The notes under the pieces: generated by a model
Seen by the model: the letters and a program-made list of their open reading frames with translations, nothing else
The model's database searches: none
Told to the model about the DNA's origin: nothing
Part shown: piece by piece, positions 38,542 through 48,303 of the stretch
How positions within the stretch are numbered: the stretch's first letter is position 1
Layout of the letters: the number at the start of each line of letters is the position of its first letter
Made by a program: the position numbers and the translations under genes
DNA from: Actinomycetota bacterium
GTDB lineage: Bacteria; Actinomycetota; UBA4738; HRBIN12
Direction of reading: 5' to 3'
Assembly: GCA_005885035.1 (NCBI GenBank)
Contig: VAXZ01000117.1
Coordinates: 30,992 to 94,991 of the forward strand
Length of the DNA: 64,000 bases

Positions 38542-39552
38542 TCACCCCACGATCGTCAAGGGCGGCCCACCGTCGCCGATCTCGCCGTCGGCGGCGCCGG
38601 TGGTCGGCCCCTCCGCGCGGGCGATGCTACCGCGGCCCTTGCTCAACAACGAACGGAACTCGTCCGTCCCGTTCGTGAGCATCGTGGCCGCCTTCTGGAA
38701 GCGGTTCTCGACGATCGACCCGAGCGCGTCCAGGACCGCGGCGACCTCGGAAAGCGCCGCCTGCACGTCCGCGGCGTCGCCGAAACGTCGCACGAGCGAA
38801 TAGAGGAACAGCAGGATGGGCAACGCGTTGCCGTAGGGGACGATGATGACGCCCTTCGCGAACGCGTCGGCGTGCGCGCGCTTCAGCACCCGGTAGGCCG
38901 CGTCCGGGACGGCGGCGACGGCAACCGGCGCGGTCACCGCCGGGTCGAGGTACTGAGCGACCTCCTTCGCACGGGACGTCACCGCCCGCTCGACGGCCCG
39001 GGCACACGCGTCGCGTTCGGTCGGGTCACGCGCCGCGGCGAGGGCCTCCAGCTCGGCAACCGCCGACCACTTGGAGTCGATGGGCAGCCGGCGGCCGTCG
39101 GGAAGGAGCAGACCGAACTCGACGACCTTGCCGTTGACGCGGAAGTCCGTGACGAGCATGCCCGGCGGGAGCTCCGCGAGGTGCTCACGAAGGATGAACT
39201 CCCCCGATCGACCCTTGGATGCGCCGCCGGCGAGCACCGTGGCCAATCGCCGCACGACCTCGCGCTGCTCCCCATCGGCGGCTCGGCGGTCCTGCTCGTG
39301 GGTCCGGAGCTCCTCCAACGCCCTGCGCGCACCGTCCAGCCCCTGTCGGAGTTGCTCGGACGTCAGATCACGTTGCGCGCCCTGGTCCGCGATGCGGCGA
39401 AGCTCGCTCGCCTGGAGCTGGATCTGAGCTCCGATCCCGGGTTCGTCCGGCGGCCGGCGTCGGGCGAGGGCGAAGGCCGTGGCGAGGAAGCCGATCGCGA
39501 GACCGGCCACGAGCGCACCGATCGCGATCGCCGCGACGGTCATCCGGTCCAC
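38542..39552 (-). CDS. rmuC: DNA recombination protein RmuC
   Basis: It has an N-terminal TM helix, a coiled-coil region and a RmuC core (GEFILREHL...FGLLLPDGRRLPIDSKW...VPDAAY...VIIVPYGNALPILL). The start is GTG 39552 or ATG 39543. Confidence 0.8.
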   Translation of the reverse strand: MDRMTVAAIAIGALVAGLAIGFLATAFALARRRPPDEPGIGAQIQLQASELRRIADQGAQRDLTSEQLRQGLDGARRALEELRTHEQDRRAADGEQREVVRRLATVLAGGASKGRSGEFILREHLAELPPGMLVTDFRVNGKVVEFGLLLPDGRRLPIDSKWSAVAELEALAAARDPTERDACARAVERAVTSRAKEVAQYLDPAVTAPVAVAAVPDAAYRVLKRAHADAFAKGVIIVPYGNALPILLFLYSLVRRFGDAADVQAALSEVAAVLDALGSIVENRFQKAATMLTNGTDEFRSLLSKGRGSIARAEGPTTGAADGEIGDGGPPLTIVG

Positions 39553-39702
39553 CCGCGCTGACGGAGAGCTGGTTGGCTGCCCATGCGCTCGACCCTAGGG
39601 ACGCCCTCTGACATCGAGGTCGACGCGGGCAGCACGAGCATCCTCGCCACGAACCGTCGCGCGCCTGGTTGGGGTTCGCGTTCGCGGGTAGCCTCCGCCC
39701 AC

Positions 39703-41040
39703 GTGACCGCGCTGGGCGACCTCGATCGGGACCGGATCCGCGAGCTGCACGACGCCGAGCTCGCGTGGTTCCGCGCCGAGCGGCCGAAGACGCTTCAGCT
39801 CCTGGCCCGCGCGGAGGCGCACATGCCGAACGGGACACCGATGACGTGGATGGCCTCGGACAACGATCTGCCGGTCTACGTGGACCGTGGCGACGGCGCC
39901 TCGTTCACCGACGTGGACGGCCACCACTACGTCGATTTCAACGCGAGCGACATGGCGATGTTCTGCGGCCACGCGCACCCGGCGATCGTTCGAGCCGTCC
40001 AGGAGCGGGTGACTCGCTCGACCCAGTTCCTCCTCCCGACCGAGGAGTCGGTCCTCGTCGCCGAGGAGCTCGCTCGTCGCTACCCGGGGCAGGCGCATTG
40101 GCAGTTCACCCTGTCCGCCTCGCAGGCCAACACCGAGACGATCCGCCTGGCACGCGCCGCGACCGGGCGCGACGTCGTCCTGCTGTTCGAGGGGCACTAC
40201 CACGGCCACTTCGAGGAGGGCCTCGTCGATCTCGAGGGCGGCCGCGAAGCACCGCTACAGCGCGGCCTCTCGAAAGGGGTGACCGGCCGCGTGCGGATCT
40301 CGCAGTTCAACGATGTCGAGGGACTGCGCGCCGCGCTCGCAGCCAAGGACGTCGCCCTCGTGCTCACCGAGCCCGCGCTCACGAACAACATCCATTTCCT
40401 GCCGCCGGAGCGGGACTGGCACGACGAGCTCCGCCGGGTGACCCGAGAACGCGGGACCGTGTTGGCGTTCGACGAGACGCACACGCACATCGTGGGAGAA
40501 GGCGGCGCGACGGGTCTGTGGGGGCTCGAGCCCGATGTGGTCACGATCGGCAAGGCGGTCGCCGGCGGTATCCCGATGGGCGCGTACGGCGTCAGCGACG
40601 CGCTCGCCGGGGAGCTCGATCACACGAAGGAGGTCGCGACCGGCGGGACGCTCTTCGGGAACCCTCTGTCGGCGGCGGCGGCCGTCGCCGCGCTCACCGA
40701 GGTCCTCGTCCCCGAGGCGTACGAGCACACGACCGCGTTGGGCGGGATGCTCGCCGACGGGATCGACGCGGCGTTGCGCGATGCCGGCCTGCCCTGGACC
40801 TCCTACCGGTTCGGGCCCCGAGCGGGACAGTGGTACGGCCCGCATCCGCGCACCGGGGCCGACGCGCATGCGATGACCGACCCGGAGCTCACGCGCCTCC
40901 TCCGGATCTGGATGGCCAACCGGGGCATCTGGGAGGCCCTCCCCGGAGCGGGGCCGACCGTGTCGGTGCCCGCCAGCTCCGCCGAGGTCGATCGGTACCT
41001 GACGGCGTACACGCAGCTGCTGGTCGCGCTCACGTCCTGA
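39703..41040 (+). CDS. class-III (GSA-aminomutase-like) PLP-dependent aminotransferase family protein
   Basis: The family pattern is present: FDETHT, the PLP-lysine region DVVTIGKAVAGGIPMGAYG and GGTLFGNPLS. The start is set at GTG 39703 inside ORF 39583..41040 and is uncertain. Confidence 0.8.
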   Translation: MTALGDLDRDRIRELHDAELAWFRAERPKTLQLLARAEAHMPNGTPMTWMASDNDLPVYVDRGDGASFTDVDGHHYVDFNASDMAMFCGHAHPAIVRAVQERVTRSTQFLLPTEESVLVAEELARRYPGQAHWQFTLSASQANTETIRLARAATGRDVVLLFEGHYHGHFEEGLVDLEGGREAPLQRGLSKGVTGRVRISQFNDVEGLRAALAAKDVALVLTEPALTNNIHFLPPERDWHDELRRVTRERGTVLAFDETHTHIVGEGGATGLWGLEPDVVTIGKAVAGGIPMGAYGVSDALAGELDHTKEVATGGTLFGNPLSAAAAVAALTEVLVPEAYEHTTALGGMLADGIDAALRDAGLPWTSYRFGPRAGQWYGPHPRTGADAHAMTDPELTRLLRIWMANRGIWEALPGAGPTVSVPASSAEVDRYLTAYTQLLVALTS

Positions 41041-41055
41041 AGCGATACTCCATCG

Positions 41056-42147
41056 ATGACCCCACCGACGATCGAGCTCGTCCGCGTCGCGGGGACGCAC
41101 CGCGAGGTCGGCCTCCAGCTAGGCGAGGCCGGGCGCGAGCAGATCCGGAGGACCGTCGAGACGTCCTGGGACGAACTTCCCTGCGGGCGGTCGAAGGCCG
41201 ACCAGCTCGCGCTCGCCGACGAGTACCGCGCCTTCACCGCCCCGCGTCTCCCCTGGCTCCTCGAGGAGCTCGACGCCTGCGCCGAAGGCGCAGGCGTCGA
41301 CCCCCTCGAGTTCTTCGCGGTCTCGATGGAAGAGATCTGGTACGAGCCGTACGGTCCGCGCATCGAGGGCAGGTGCTCGGACCTGGTGGCGGGGCCCTCA
41401 GCGACGAGCCACGGTCATCTCCTGGTGGCGCACAACAACGATCTGCGTCCGGAGACGGAGCAGGACATCACCGCACTCGAGATCAGCGTGCCGGGCGACC
41501 CGGTGTTCTTCCAGCTCGGCGGGATCCCCTGGCTCTCCGTAGGGTGGAACGCCGCGGGCCTGTCGCTCACCGGCAACGAGCTGGCTCCCAACGATGAGCG
41601 TGTGGGGATCAGCCGGAGCCATCAGGTGTTGGAGATGATGCGAGCGAGCTCCCTCGACCAGATGGTCGCGATGGCTCTGCGCACCGATCGCGCGTCGAGC
41701 TACAACAACGTCCTCGCGTCGTTCGACGGCGGCGTTGCGGATGTCGAGGGCAGCGCCAGCGACGCGGAGATCACCGGCCTCGACGAGGCAGGGCACCTGG
41801 CGCACACGAACAACTACGTCTGCGATCGGATGCTCCCGTTCGAGGGCGACACGGAGTATGCGCCGCTCTCCCAGATCCGCTACGATCGGGCACGCGAGCT
41901 CCTCGCCGCCGAACCACCGGGGTCGCTGACGATGGACCGGCTCCGAGAGCTCCTCTCGGACCACGAGACGAAGCCGCAATCGCTCTGCAAGCACCCCGAG
42001 TTCGGCACGCCCACATCCAAGACGGTGTTCTGGTGCGTGGCCGACGTCACCGACGGCCGCATCCGGTACGGGCGGGGGAACCCGTGCGATTCGATCGCTC
42101 AGGAGTACGAGTTCGAGTCGTACGCGGGTCGCGAAGCGGCCGCCTGA
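41056..42147 (+). CDS. peptidase C45 / acyl-CoA:6-APA acyltransferase-like Ntn hydrolase
   Basis: 363 aa. The candidate nucleophile is in GRCSDLV. The motifs HNND and SYNNVL are typical of the C45 family. Confidence 0.75.
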   Translation: MTPPTIELVRVAGTHREVGLQLGEAGREQIRRTVETSWDELPCGRSKADQLALADEYRAFTAPRLPWLLEELDACAEGAGVDPLEFFAVSMEEIWYEPYGPRIEGRCSDLVAGPSATSHGHLLVAHNNDLRPETEQDITALEISVPGDPVFFQLGGIPWLSVGWNAAGLSLTGNELAPNDERVGISRSHQVLEMMRASSLDQMVAMALRTDRASSYNNVLASFDGGVADVEGSASDAEITGLDEAGHLAHTNNYVCDRMLPFEGDTEYAPLSQIRYDRARELLAAEPPGSLTMDRLRELLSDHETKPQSLCKHPEFGTPTSKTVFWCVADVTDGRIRYGRGNPCDSIAQEYEFESYAGREAAA

Positions 42148-42163
42148 TCCCCGACCGTACTCC

Positions 42164-42829
42164 TCATCTCCGCGACCCGTCGATCGCCGCGATGGTCGCG
42201 TCGTCACCGCTTTCCGCCGCCATGTCGGCTATCGACCGGCCCTCGTCGTCGATCGCTCCCGGGTCGGCGCCGTGCGTGAGCAAGAACTCGACCGTGCGCA
42301 CGTCGCCGTTGTGCGCCGCCGAGTGCAAGGGCGTCCACCCGCCCCGCTGTACAGCGTCCGGGTCCGCTCCGGCCTCGAGGAGAAGGTCAACGGTGGCCGC
42401 GTGCCCAGCGCTCGCCGCCGAGCTCAGCGGTGTTCCCGTCATCCATCCCGTGCCGTGGGCGTCCGGGTCGGCGCCGCGCGCGAGCAGCAGTCGAACGGCG
42501 TCGTCCTGCCCGAAGAACGCGGCGAGGTGCAACGCCGTGAACCCGTCGCCGCTCCGGCGGTCCGTCAAGCCGGGATCGGCCTCGAGGAGCACGGCGAGCC
42601 GGTCGAGATCGCCGAACGTCGCCGCCTCGAAGACATCGAGGGCCGCGACCCGGGCCCTGACCGCCTCGGCGAGCGCGCGATCGAGGCGGTACCGGGCGCG
42701 GAGCAAGGCCGACACGCCCTCGTGATCGCGAGCCATCGCGAGGGAAGGATCGACGTCCAGCATGGCGCCGACGCGATCCACGTCTCCGGCGTCGATCGCC
42801 GCGAACAGATCGTCGGATGCGCTTGCCAT
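42164..42829 (-). CDS. ankyrin repeat protein
   Basis: 221 aa with at least four ANK repeats (G.TALHLAAFFGQDDAVRLLLARGADPD; TPLSSAASAGHAATVDLLLEAGADPD; WTPLHSAAHNGDVRTVEFLLTHGADP). Confidence 0.85.
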   Translation of the reverse strand: MASASDDLFAAIDAGDVDRVGAMLDVDPSLAMARDHEGVSALLRARYRLDRALAEAVRARVAALDVFEAATFGDLDRLAVLLEADPGLTDRRSGDGFTALHLAAFFGQDDAVRLLLARGADPDAHGTGWMTGTPLSSAASAGHAATVDLLLEAGADPDAVQRGGWTPLHSAAHNGDVRTVEFLLTHGADPGAIDDEGRSIADMAAESGDDATIAAIDGSRR

Positions 42830-42854
42830 CGCGACACCTTCTCACTATCGTCTC

Positions 42855-42877
42855 TATTTGCTTAGGCTAAGCAAATA
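42855..42877. promoter_or_regulatory. perfect AT-rich palindrome (candidate MarR operator)
   Basis: tatttgcttag-g-ctaagcaaata has 11-bp arms. It lies in the 70-bp divergent region between the ankyrin gene (start 42829) and the MarR gene (start 42900), and is strikingly AT-rich for this genome. Confidence 0.65.
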
Positions 42878-42899
42878 TCAAAGGGATCCGAACAGCGGC

Positions 42900-43379
42900 A
42901 TGGCGGCGAGGCGAACTTCCCCAGCGCGAGAGGTGGAGGCCGTCGCCGAGAAGCTCCACTCGGCGGCCCAGCTCCTGTTGCGACGCCTGCGCACGGAGGG
43001 TGACGCCCTTGGCATCTCCCCTCCCCGCCTGTCGGCGCTCTCGGCCGTCGTCGACGCCGGTCCGATCGGGATCGGCGCCCTGGCGGCGACCGAGGGCGTG
43101 TCGGCTCCTACGATGTCGCGGCTCGTCGACGGCCTTGAGCGGGACGCCCTGGTCGAACGGGCGCCCGACCCCGACGATGCTCGCGGCGTGCTGGTCCGTG
43201 CGACGGTCCGAGGGCGACGCATCCGCACGGAGCGACGGCGGCAACGGACCCGGGTCCTCGCCGCCGATCTGCAGCGGCTCTCGCGCGACGAGTTGGACGC
43301 GATCCGCGCCGGCGCCGAGCTGATCGAACAGCTCGGCGCCGGTCGTGAGGCTCACGGGAGGTCCGGGCGCTCCGGATAG
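42900..43379 (+). CDS. MarR family transcriptional regulator
   Basis: ATG at 42900 within ORF 42762..43379. A winged HTH is present (ISPPRLSALSAVVDAGPIGIGALAATEGVSAPTMSRLVDGLERDALVERAPDPDDARGVLVRAT). Confidence 0.8.
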   Translation: MAARRTSPAREVEAVAEKLHSAAQLLLRRLRTEGDALGISPPRLSALSAVVDAGPIGIGALAATEGVSAPTMSRLVDGLERDALVERAPDPDDARGVLVRATVRGRRIRTERRRQRTRVLAADLQRLSRDELDAIRAGAELIEQLGAGREAHGRSGRSG

Positions 43380-44188
43380 GCCGGGAACGACGGTGGCAGC
43401 GCTGCGGGACGCCGCCGGCCCCGGAGGAACAGCAACGCGATCACCACGCCGAAGCCGAAGCCACCGACGTGCGCCCAGTACGCAACCCCGCTGTTCACAT
43501 CGGCCGCCAGACCCGAGACACCCTGGAAGAGCTGGAGCACGAACCACAAGCCGAGGACGACGGTCGCGGGCAACTCGATCACGGTGATCAGGAAGAAGAA
43601 CACTGCCGTCAGGATGCGCGCCCTTGGGTAGAGCACGATGTATGCCCCGAGCACGGCCGCGATCGCTCCCGACGCGCCGACGTTGGGGATCGTCGAGTTC
43701 GGCGCCAGAACGAACTGGAGCGCGCCGGCTGCGACCCCGCCGACCAGGTAGAACGCGAGGTACCCGAGCTTCCCGAGTGCGTCCTCGACGTTGTCCCCGA
43801 AGATCCAGAGGAACAGCATGTTGCCGCCCAGGTGCAACCAACCCGCGTGCAGGAACATCGCGGTGACGATCGAGAGCCAGATGTTCTTCCGGGGACACGC
43901 GCGGCCGAGGTAGTCCTGGAGCTGCGCCGCATCGGCGGTCGTGACGTCGTAGTCCTTCGCGATCTCGGTACGACCGTTCGCCCCGCTCCGCGCCAGCGGA
44001 ACCAGGTGCGCGAGCTCGTACGGGATCTGTCCGTGGCACCAGAAGAAGGTCTGCTGCGCCAGCTCGGCATCCTTCACGTGCCGCAGCGTGGGCTGCCAGA
44101 AGAGGAACGCGATCACGTTGGCCGCGATCAGCGCGACCGTGACGAGCGGGATGCGTTGGCGCCGCGTCGAGTCACGGATCGGCAACAT
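43352..44188 (-). CDS. rhomboid family intramembrane serine protease
   Basis: 278 aa. Contains HAGWLHLGGNMLFLW, the catalytic Ser in VGASGAIAAVLGAY and the catalytic His in AHVGGFGFG. Confidence 0.85.
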   Translation of the reverse strand: MLPIRDSTRRQRIPLVTVALIAANVIAFLFWQPTLRHVKDAELAQQTFFWCHGQIPYELAHLVPLARSGANGRTEIAKDYDVTTADAAQLQDYLGRACPRKNIWLSIVTAMFLHAGWLHLGGNMLFLWIFGDNVEDALGKLGYLAFYLVGGVAAGALQFVLAPNSTIPNVGASGAIAAVLGAYIVLYPRARILTAVFFFLITVIELPATVVLGLWFVLQLFQGVSGLAADVNSGVAYWAHVGGFGFGVVIALLFLRGRRRPAALPPSFPAYPERPDLP

Positions 44189-44191
44189 CGC

Positions 44192-45370
44192 TCAGAGGCG
44201 GACGCGCGCGCCGTCTTTCCAGACGGCGCGCGCCTCCCGCAGGCAGGTGGGATCCTCGACCGGATCCACGTCGTAGAGCACCAGGTCCGCGCGCATCCCG
44301 GGGGCGATGCGCCCGACGTCGTGGATCCGGAGCGCCTCCGCCCCGTTCGCGGTCGCCGCGACCATCGCCGCGAGCGGCGCCATGCCCCACTCGATCATCG
44401 CGATCACCTCGTTGGGCGCGTTGCCGTGCGGGTTGAACGGCGTTCCGGCATCGGTCGAGCAGATGTGGCGGACGCCTGCACGGATCGATCGCGCGTGACC
44501 CGCCTTCGCTTCCTCGACCAGCGCCTGCGCCTTGGCGACCGCGTACGCCGGTGCCCTGCCCTCGTTGCCCGCGATCCCCATGAGCGCGCTGATCGTCGGA
44601 CCGCGGAACGTGCCGCGGGCGGCCATCTCCTTGGCGATGCGGGGCGTGACCTGGACGCAATGCTCGACCGTGTCGACCCCGGCGAGGACCGCTTGCAGGA
44701 TCCCGTCGGCGCCGATCGCGTGCGCGGCGACCCCCCGGTCCCTCGAATGCGCCTCCTCGATCGCGGCCGTGAGCTCTTCGGGGGTGAACGCGGCGAACGT
44801 CGCCCCGATCCCCGGCGTGAGCACCCCGCCCGTCGCGATGAGCTTGATCGTGAGGGCGCCGGCGCGGATCTCCTCGCGGACGGCGCGGCGGATCGCGTCG
44901 GCGCCGTCGACCTGTCGTGCGATCCCGATGTTGTGGCCATGCCCTCCGGTGATCGTGAGCGCCGAACCGGCCGGGATCACCGTGGGGCCGGGCACGATAC
45001 CCGCCTCGATCGCCCCGGCGAGCTCGACGATGCCGATACCCCCGAGGTCCCGGACGGTCGTGACGCCGTTGACGAGATGCTTGCGCGCGTTGACCGTCCC
45101 CTTGATCGCACCGAGCGCCGGCGTCAGCCCGGCTGCCTCGGCGGCGAAGTCGGCGCCGCCGTCGAAGCACAGATGAACGTGGCAATCGATCAATCCCGGT
45201 GTCAACGCCCGGCCGGGACCGCCCACCTCCCGAGCGGCGCGCGCCTCGCGCGGGGCCCGTGCATGCGGACCGGTCCACGCGATCCGGTCGCGGTCGACGA
45301 GGACCCCCTGGTGCGCTCGCACCCTCGCCCCGTCGAACACGGTGATATCGGCGAAGTAGGAGCTCGCCAT
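44192..45370 (-). CDS. amidohydrolase family metal-dependent hydrolase
   Basis: 392 aa with an HxH metal site (LIDCHVHL), later His residues (AAHA; VEHC) and Asp (STDAG). It has the typical imidazolonepropionase/prolidase-like amidohydrolase layout. Confidence 0.85.
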   Translation of the reverse strand: MASSYFADITVFDGARVRAHQGVLVDRDRIAWTGPHARAPREARAAREVGGPGRALTPGLIDCHVHLCFDGGADFAAEAAGLTPALGAIKGTVNARKHLVNGVTTVRDLGGIGIVELAGAIEAGIVPGPTVIPAGSALTITGGHGHNIGIARQVDGADAIRRAVREEIRAGALTIKLIATGGVLTPGIGATFAAFTPEELTAAIEEAHSRDRGVAAHAIGADGILQAVLAGVDTVEHCVQVTPRIAKEMAARGTFRGPTISALMGIAGNEGRAPAYAVAKAQALVEEAKAGHARSIRAGVRHICSTDAGTPFNPHGNAPNEVIAMIEWGMAPLAAMVAATANGAEALRIHDVGRIAPGMRADLVLYDVDPVEDPTCLREARAVWKDGARVRL

Positions 45371-45371
45371 C

Positions 45372-45743
45372 TCACCGCACCCACGGGGGAACGATCTCGG
45401 ATCCGTCCTCGCGGATCAGCTTCGTGCCGCCCGGCATCGCCACGGTGATCGTCGCGCCGTCGCCGCCGGCCTCCAGATGATGCCAGGCGCCGACCGGCAC
45501 CACGACGGAGTCCCCCACACCGAGTGCAGACCGTTCGTCGCCGACCTGGACGATCCCGCCACCCCGTTCGACCGTGAACACGTCGATATGGTCGTGGCGG
45601 TGTCGTGGGAGCGCACCTCCCGGTGGCAGCTCCGTCCGGAAGAGAGCGACCTCGCTCGCGCCGCGCGCCGGCGCCGCCAAACTCGTGATCGTGTTGCCGC
45701 TCGACTCGTGGGTGGGATGGTCGTCCGCGCGCTCGATCGACAT
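45372..45743 (-). CDS. cupin domain protein
   Basis: Internal ATG at 45743 gives a 123-aa product. The cupin motifs are PRHRHDHIDVFTVERG and GAWHHLEAG. The longer 291-aa ORF is antisense to the CBS gene and is rejected. Confidence 0.75.
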   Translation of the reverse strand: MSIERADDHPTHESSGNTITSLAAPARGASEVALFRTELPPGGALPRHRHDHIDVFTVERGGGIVQVGDERSALGVGDSVVVPVGAWHHLEAGGDGATITVAMPGGTKLIREDGSEIVPPWVR

Positions 45744-45843
45744 GGACCGGCTCCTTCGGAGGGGTTGCGGCGCATCATCCCACTGCCGGCCGGCCCGTGC
45801 TTGCGTGTAGGCTTGCGTTCCCGAGAGGCCAGGAGGTAGCGCG

Positions 45844-46311
45844 ATGTTGGTCGGCGACATCATGCGGTCGGACGTGAAGACGGCCGAAGCCGAGGATACG
45901 TTCGCCGATGTGGCCAAGATCATGCGCTCCCATGGGATCTCGTCGGTCATCGTCCTCGAGAAGGGCAACAAGCTGGGCGGGATCCTGACCGAGCGCGACG
46001 TGGTGAATCTCGTCGCCGCCGGTGGGGATCCGGGATCCGTGAAGGTCGCACAGGGGATGACGCGTCGACACCTCGAGACGATCGGGCCGAAGGCGGACAT
46101 CGGCGAGGCGGCCGACCGGATGGTGTCCCTCAACATCCGGCACCTGCCGGTGGTCGATCGCGGCAAGGTCATCGGCATCATCTCGATCCGCGACCTGACG
46201 AAGTGGGCGGCGGAAGAGCTCTCGACCGGCCACGAGCTGCCGGACATCGCCCGTTCGCAGAAGGCCCTGCGGGCGGCAAGCGAGCTGCAGCGGCAACGCC
46301 AGCTGGGCTGA
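45844..46311 (+). CDS. CBS domain pair protein
   Basis: 155 aa, with AGGAGG upstream. Two CBS repeats are present (VGDIMRSDVKT...VIVLEKGNKLGGILTERDVV; ...RHLPVVDRGKVIGIISIRDL). Confidence 0.85.
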   Translation: MLVGDIMRSDVKTAEAEDTFADVAKIMRSHGISSVIVLEKGNKLGGILTERDVVNLVAAGGDPGSVKVAQGMTRRHLETIGPKADIGEAADRMVSLNIRHLPVVDRGKVIGIISIRDLTKWAAEELSTGHELPDIARSQKALRAASELQRQRQLG

Positions 46312-46319
46312 GCCGGTCG

Positions 46320-47612
46320 TCACGATCCCGCGGAGCGTCGGAAGGCGTCCCGAGGATGTTCGAGCGATCCGAGCTGCGCGATATCCCGAGGGAAGAGCAG
46401 GGCCACGGTCCAGTCGAGCGCGATCCGCACTTTCCTGCCCACGGTGGGCATGTACACGAGGTGATACGTGCGGTGCAGGAACCACGCGGGGAAGCCTCGG
46501 ATAGGCACCCCGAGCGGGTCGGCGACGCCCCGGTAGTGGCCGAGCGAGCAAAGCATCCCCTTGTTCCGGTATCGGAAGGGGCGCGGCGGACGACCGTCGA
46601 GGAGCGCCGCGACGTTCTCCGCGAGCGTCTTCGCTTGACGGAGGGCATGCTGCGCCGTCGGCGGTGAGTATCCGGACGGGGCGTGCGGATCGGGGACCGC
46701 GGCGACATCGCCGGCCGCCCAGAGCCCGTCGATGCCTTCGACGCGAAGCGTACGGTCGACGCGGACCCGTCCGCGGTCGTCGACGGGGAGCCCGCTCGCC
46801 GAGGCCAGCGGCGACGGCCGCACCCCCGCGGTCCACACCACGGTCGCAGCGGCGATCGAGGAGCCGTCGCTGAGACGGACGGTGCCGTCCTCGATCGAGA
46901 CGAGTCTCGTGTCCGTGCGGATCTGGATGCCGCGTTCGAGGAGCCGGTCGGCCGCGTACGTCGCGAGCGTAGGATCGAGCTCCGGCAGGATCCTGTGCGT
47001 GGCTTCGACCACGACCCAACGCATCTCTCTCGCCATCCCCGGCGGATACGTGGCAAGGGCGGCACGCGCGAAGTCCTCGAGCTCGCCGATCGCCTCGATC
47101 CCGGCGAACCCCGCCCCCACGAACACGAACCCCAGCGCCGTGCGCCGTTCCTCGACGTCCTCGGCCTCTGAGGCCGTGTCGAGCTGCGCGAGGACCCGGT
47201 TCCGCAGCCAGATCGCCTCCGGCAGCGTCTTGAACCCGACGGCGTGCTCGGCGAGCCCTGGTATCGGCAGGGTCCGCGACCACGAGCCGGCACCGATGAC
47301 TGCCACGTCGAACGGCTCCTCCCGCCGGCGCCCGTCGGACAGATGGATCCGCGCCGTGCGGCTCTCCGCGTCGATCCGCTCCACCTCGCCCAGGATGAGC
47401 CGCGTGCGACGGAGCGCGCTGCGCAGTGGGACGACGACGGCGCGCGGGTCGATCAGCCCGCTCGCCACCTCGGGCAGGAACGGCTGATACGTCATGTGGT
47501 TCTCCGGGCTCACCATGACCAGCTCATGCGCACCCGTGGGCAACCGCCGCTCGAGGTGGCGGGCCGCGTACAGACCGATGTAACCGCCACCGACGATCAG
47601 GATCCGAGCCAT
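46320..47612 (-). CDS. ndh: type II NADH:quinone oxidoreductase (NDH-2)
   Basis: ATG at 47612 is preceded by GAGGAGGTGAGG. Two dinucleotide-binding folds are present (ILIVGGGYIGLYAA; FVFVGAGFAGIE), and WAAGDVA is also present. Confidence 0.88.
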   Translation of the reverse strand: MARILIVGGGYIGLYAARHLERRLPTGAHELVMVSPENHMTYQPFLPEVASGLIDPRAVVVPLRSALRRTRLILGEVERIDAESRTARIHLSDGRRREEPFDVAVIGAGSWSRTLPIPGLAEHAVGFKTLPEAIWLRNRVLAQLDTASEAEDVEERRTALGFVFVGAGFAGIEAIGELEDFARAALATYPPGMAREMRWVVVEATHRILPELDPTLATYAADRLLERGIQIRTDTRLVSIEDGTVRLSDGSSIAAATVVWTAGVRPSPLASASGLPVDDRGRVRVDRTLRVEGIDGLWAAGDVAAVPDPHAPSGYSPPTAQHALRQAKTLAENVAALLDGRPPRPFRYRNKGMLCSLGHYRGVADPLGVPIRGFPAWFLHRTYHLVYMPTVGRKVRIALDWTVALLFPRDIAQLGSLEHPRDAFRRSAGS

Positions 47613-47616
47613 CGCC

Positions 47617-48294
47617 TCACCTCCTCGCCAGGTCCTCGATGACTTCGGGGAGCCCGCGAAGATCGGCAACGGCGGCGTCGGGCTCCGCGAGCTGCTCGGG
47701 GGTCGGCAGGTCGGGGGCCTCGCCGCGCAGGACCCAGACCGTTCGGAGCCCGGCCTCCTTCGCGGGCCGGACGTCGTAGTCGAGCCGGTCGCCCACCATC
47801 ACCGCGCGAGCGGGCTCGACCCCGGCCGTGCGGACGGCATGCGCGAACAGCGCCGGGTCAGGCTTCTGCAGGCCGAGGTCGTCGGAGACCCCCCACACCT
47901 CGAAGAACGGTATGAGCCCGTCCCGCTCGAGCGCCGCACGGACCTGGGTCGGTTGGTTCGCGATCACGCCCAGCCGGAACCCCGCGTCACGGAGCGCCTC
48001 CAGGCTCTGCAGGACGTCGGGGTGCAGGGCGCTCGGCGGATAGTGCCAGTGGCGGGACGCGAGGTGCTCGAGTGAGCCGAGGTCGGCGTTCGGACCGATG
48101 AACCGGTCGGCGAGGCGACGGCGGAACGAACCGTCCTGTGCGGCCCGGCACGCCGCGTACGCCTCGTCGAAGTCCTCGTCGGTGAACCGCCCACCCCCCT
48201 CACGGAGCGCGCGGCGCCACGCCTCCGCGTAGATCCGGTCGTCGTACAGGACGCCGCCGATGTCCAGGAACACGAAGTCGATCGAGCCCGGCAC
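47617..48294 (-). CDS. HAD superfamily hydrolase
   Basis: 225 aa. Motif I-like FLDIGGVLY, motif II GVIANQP and motif III/IV KPDP...MVGDRLDYD are present. Confidence 0.8.
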   Translation of the reverse strand: MPGSIDFVFLDIGGVLYDDRIYAEAWRRALREGGGRFTDEDFDEAYAACRAAQDGSFRRRLADRFIGPNADLGSLEHLASRHWHYPPSALHPDVLQSLEALRDAGFRLGVIANQPTQVRAALERDGLIPFFEVWGVSDDLGLQKPDPALFAHAVRTAGVEPARAVMVGDRLDYDVRPAKEAGLRTVWVLRGEAPDLPTPEQLAEPDAAVADLRGLPEVIEDLARR

Positions 48295-48303
48295 GCGCCG
48301 AGC

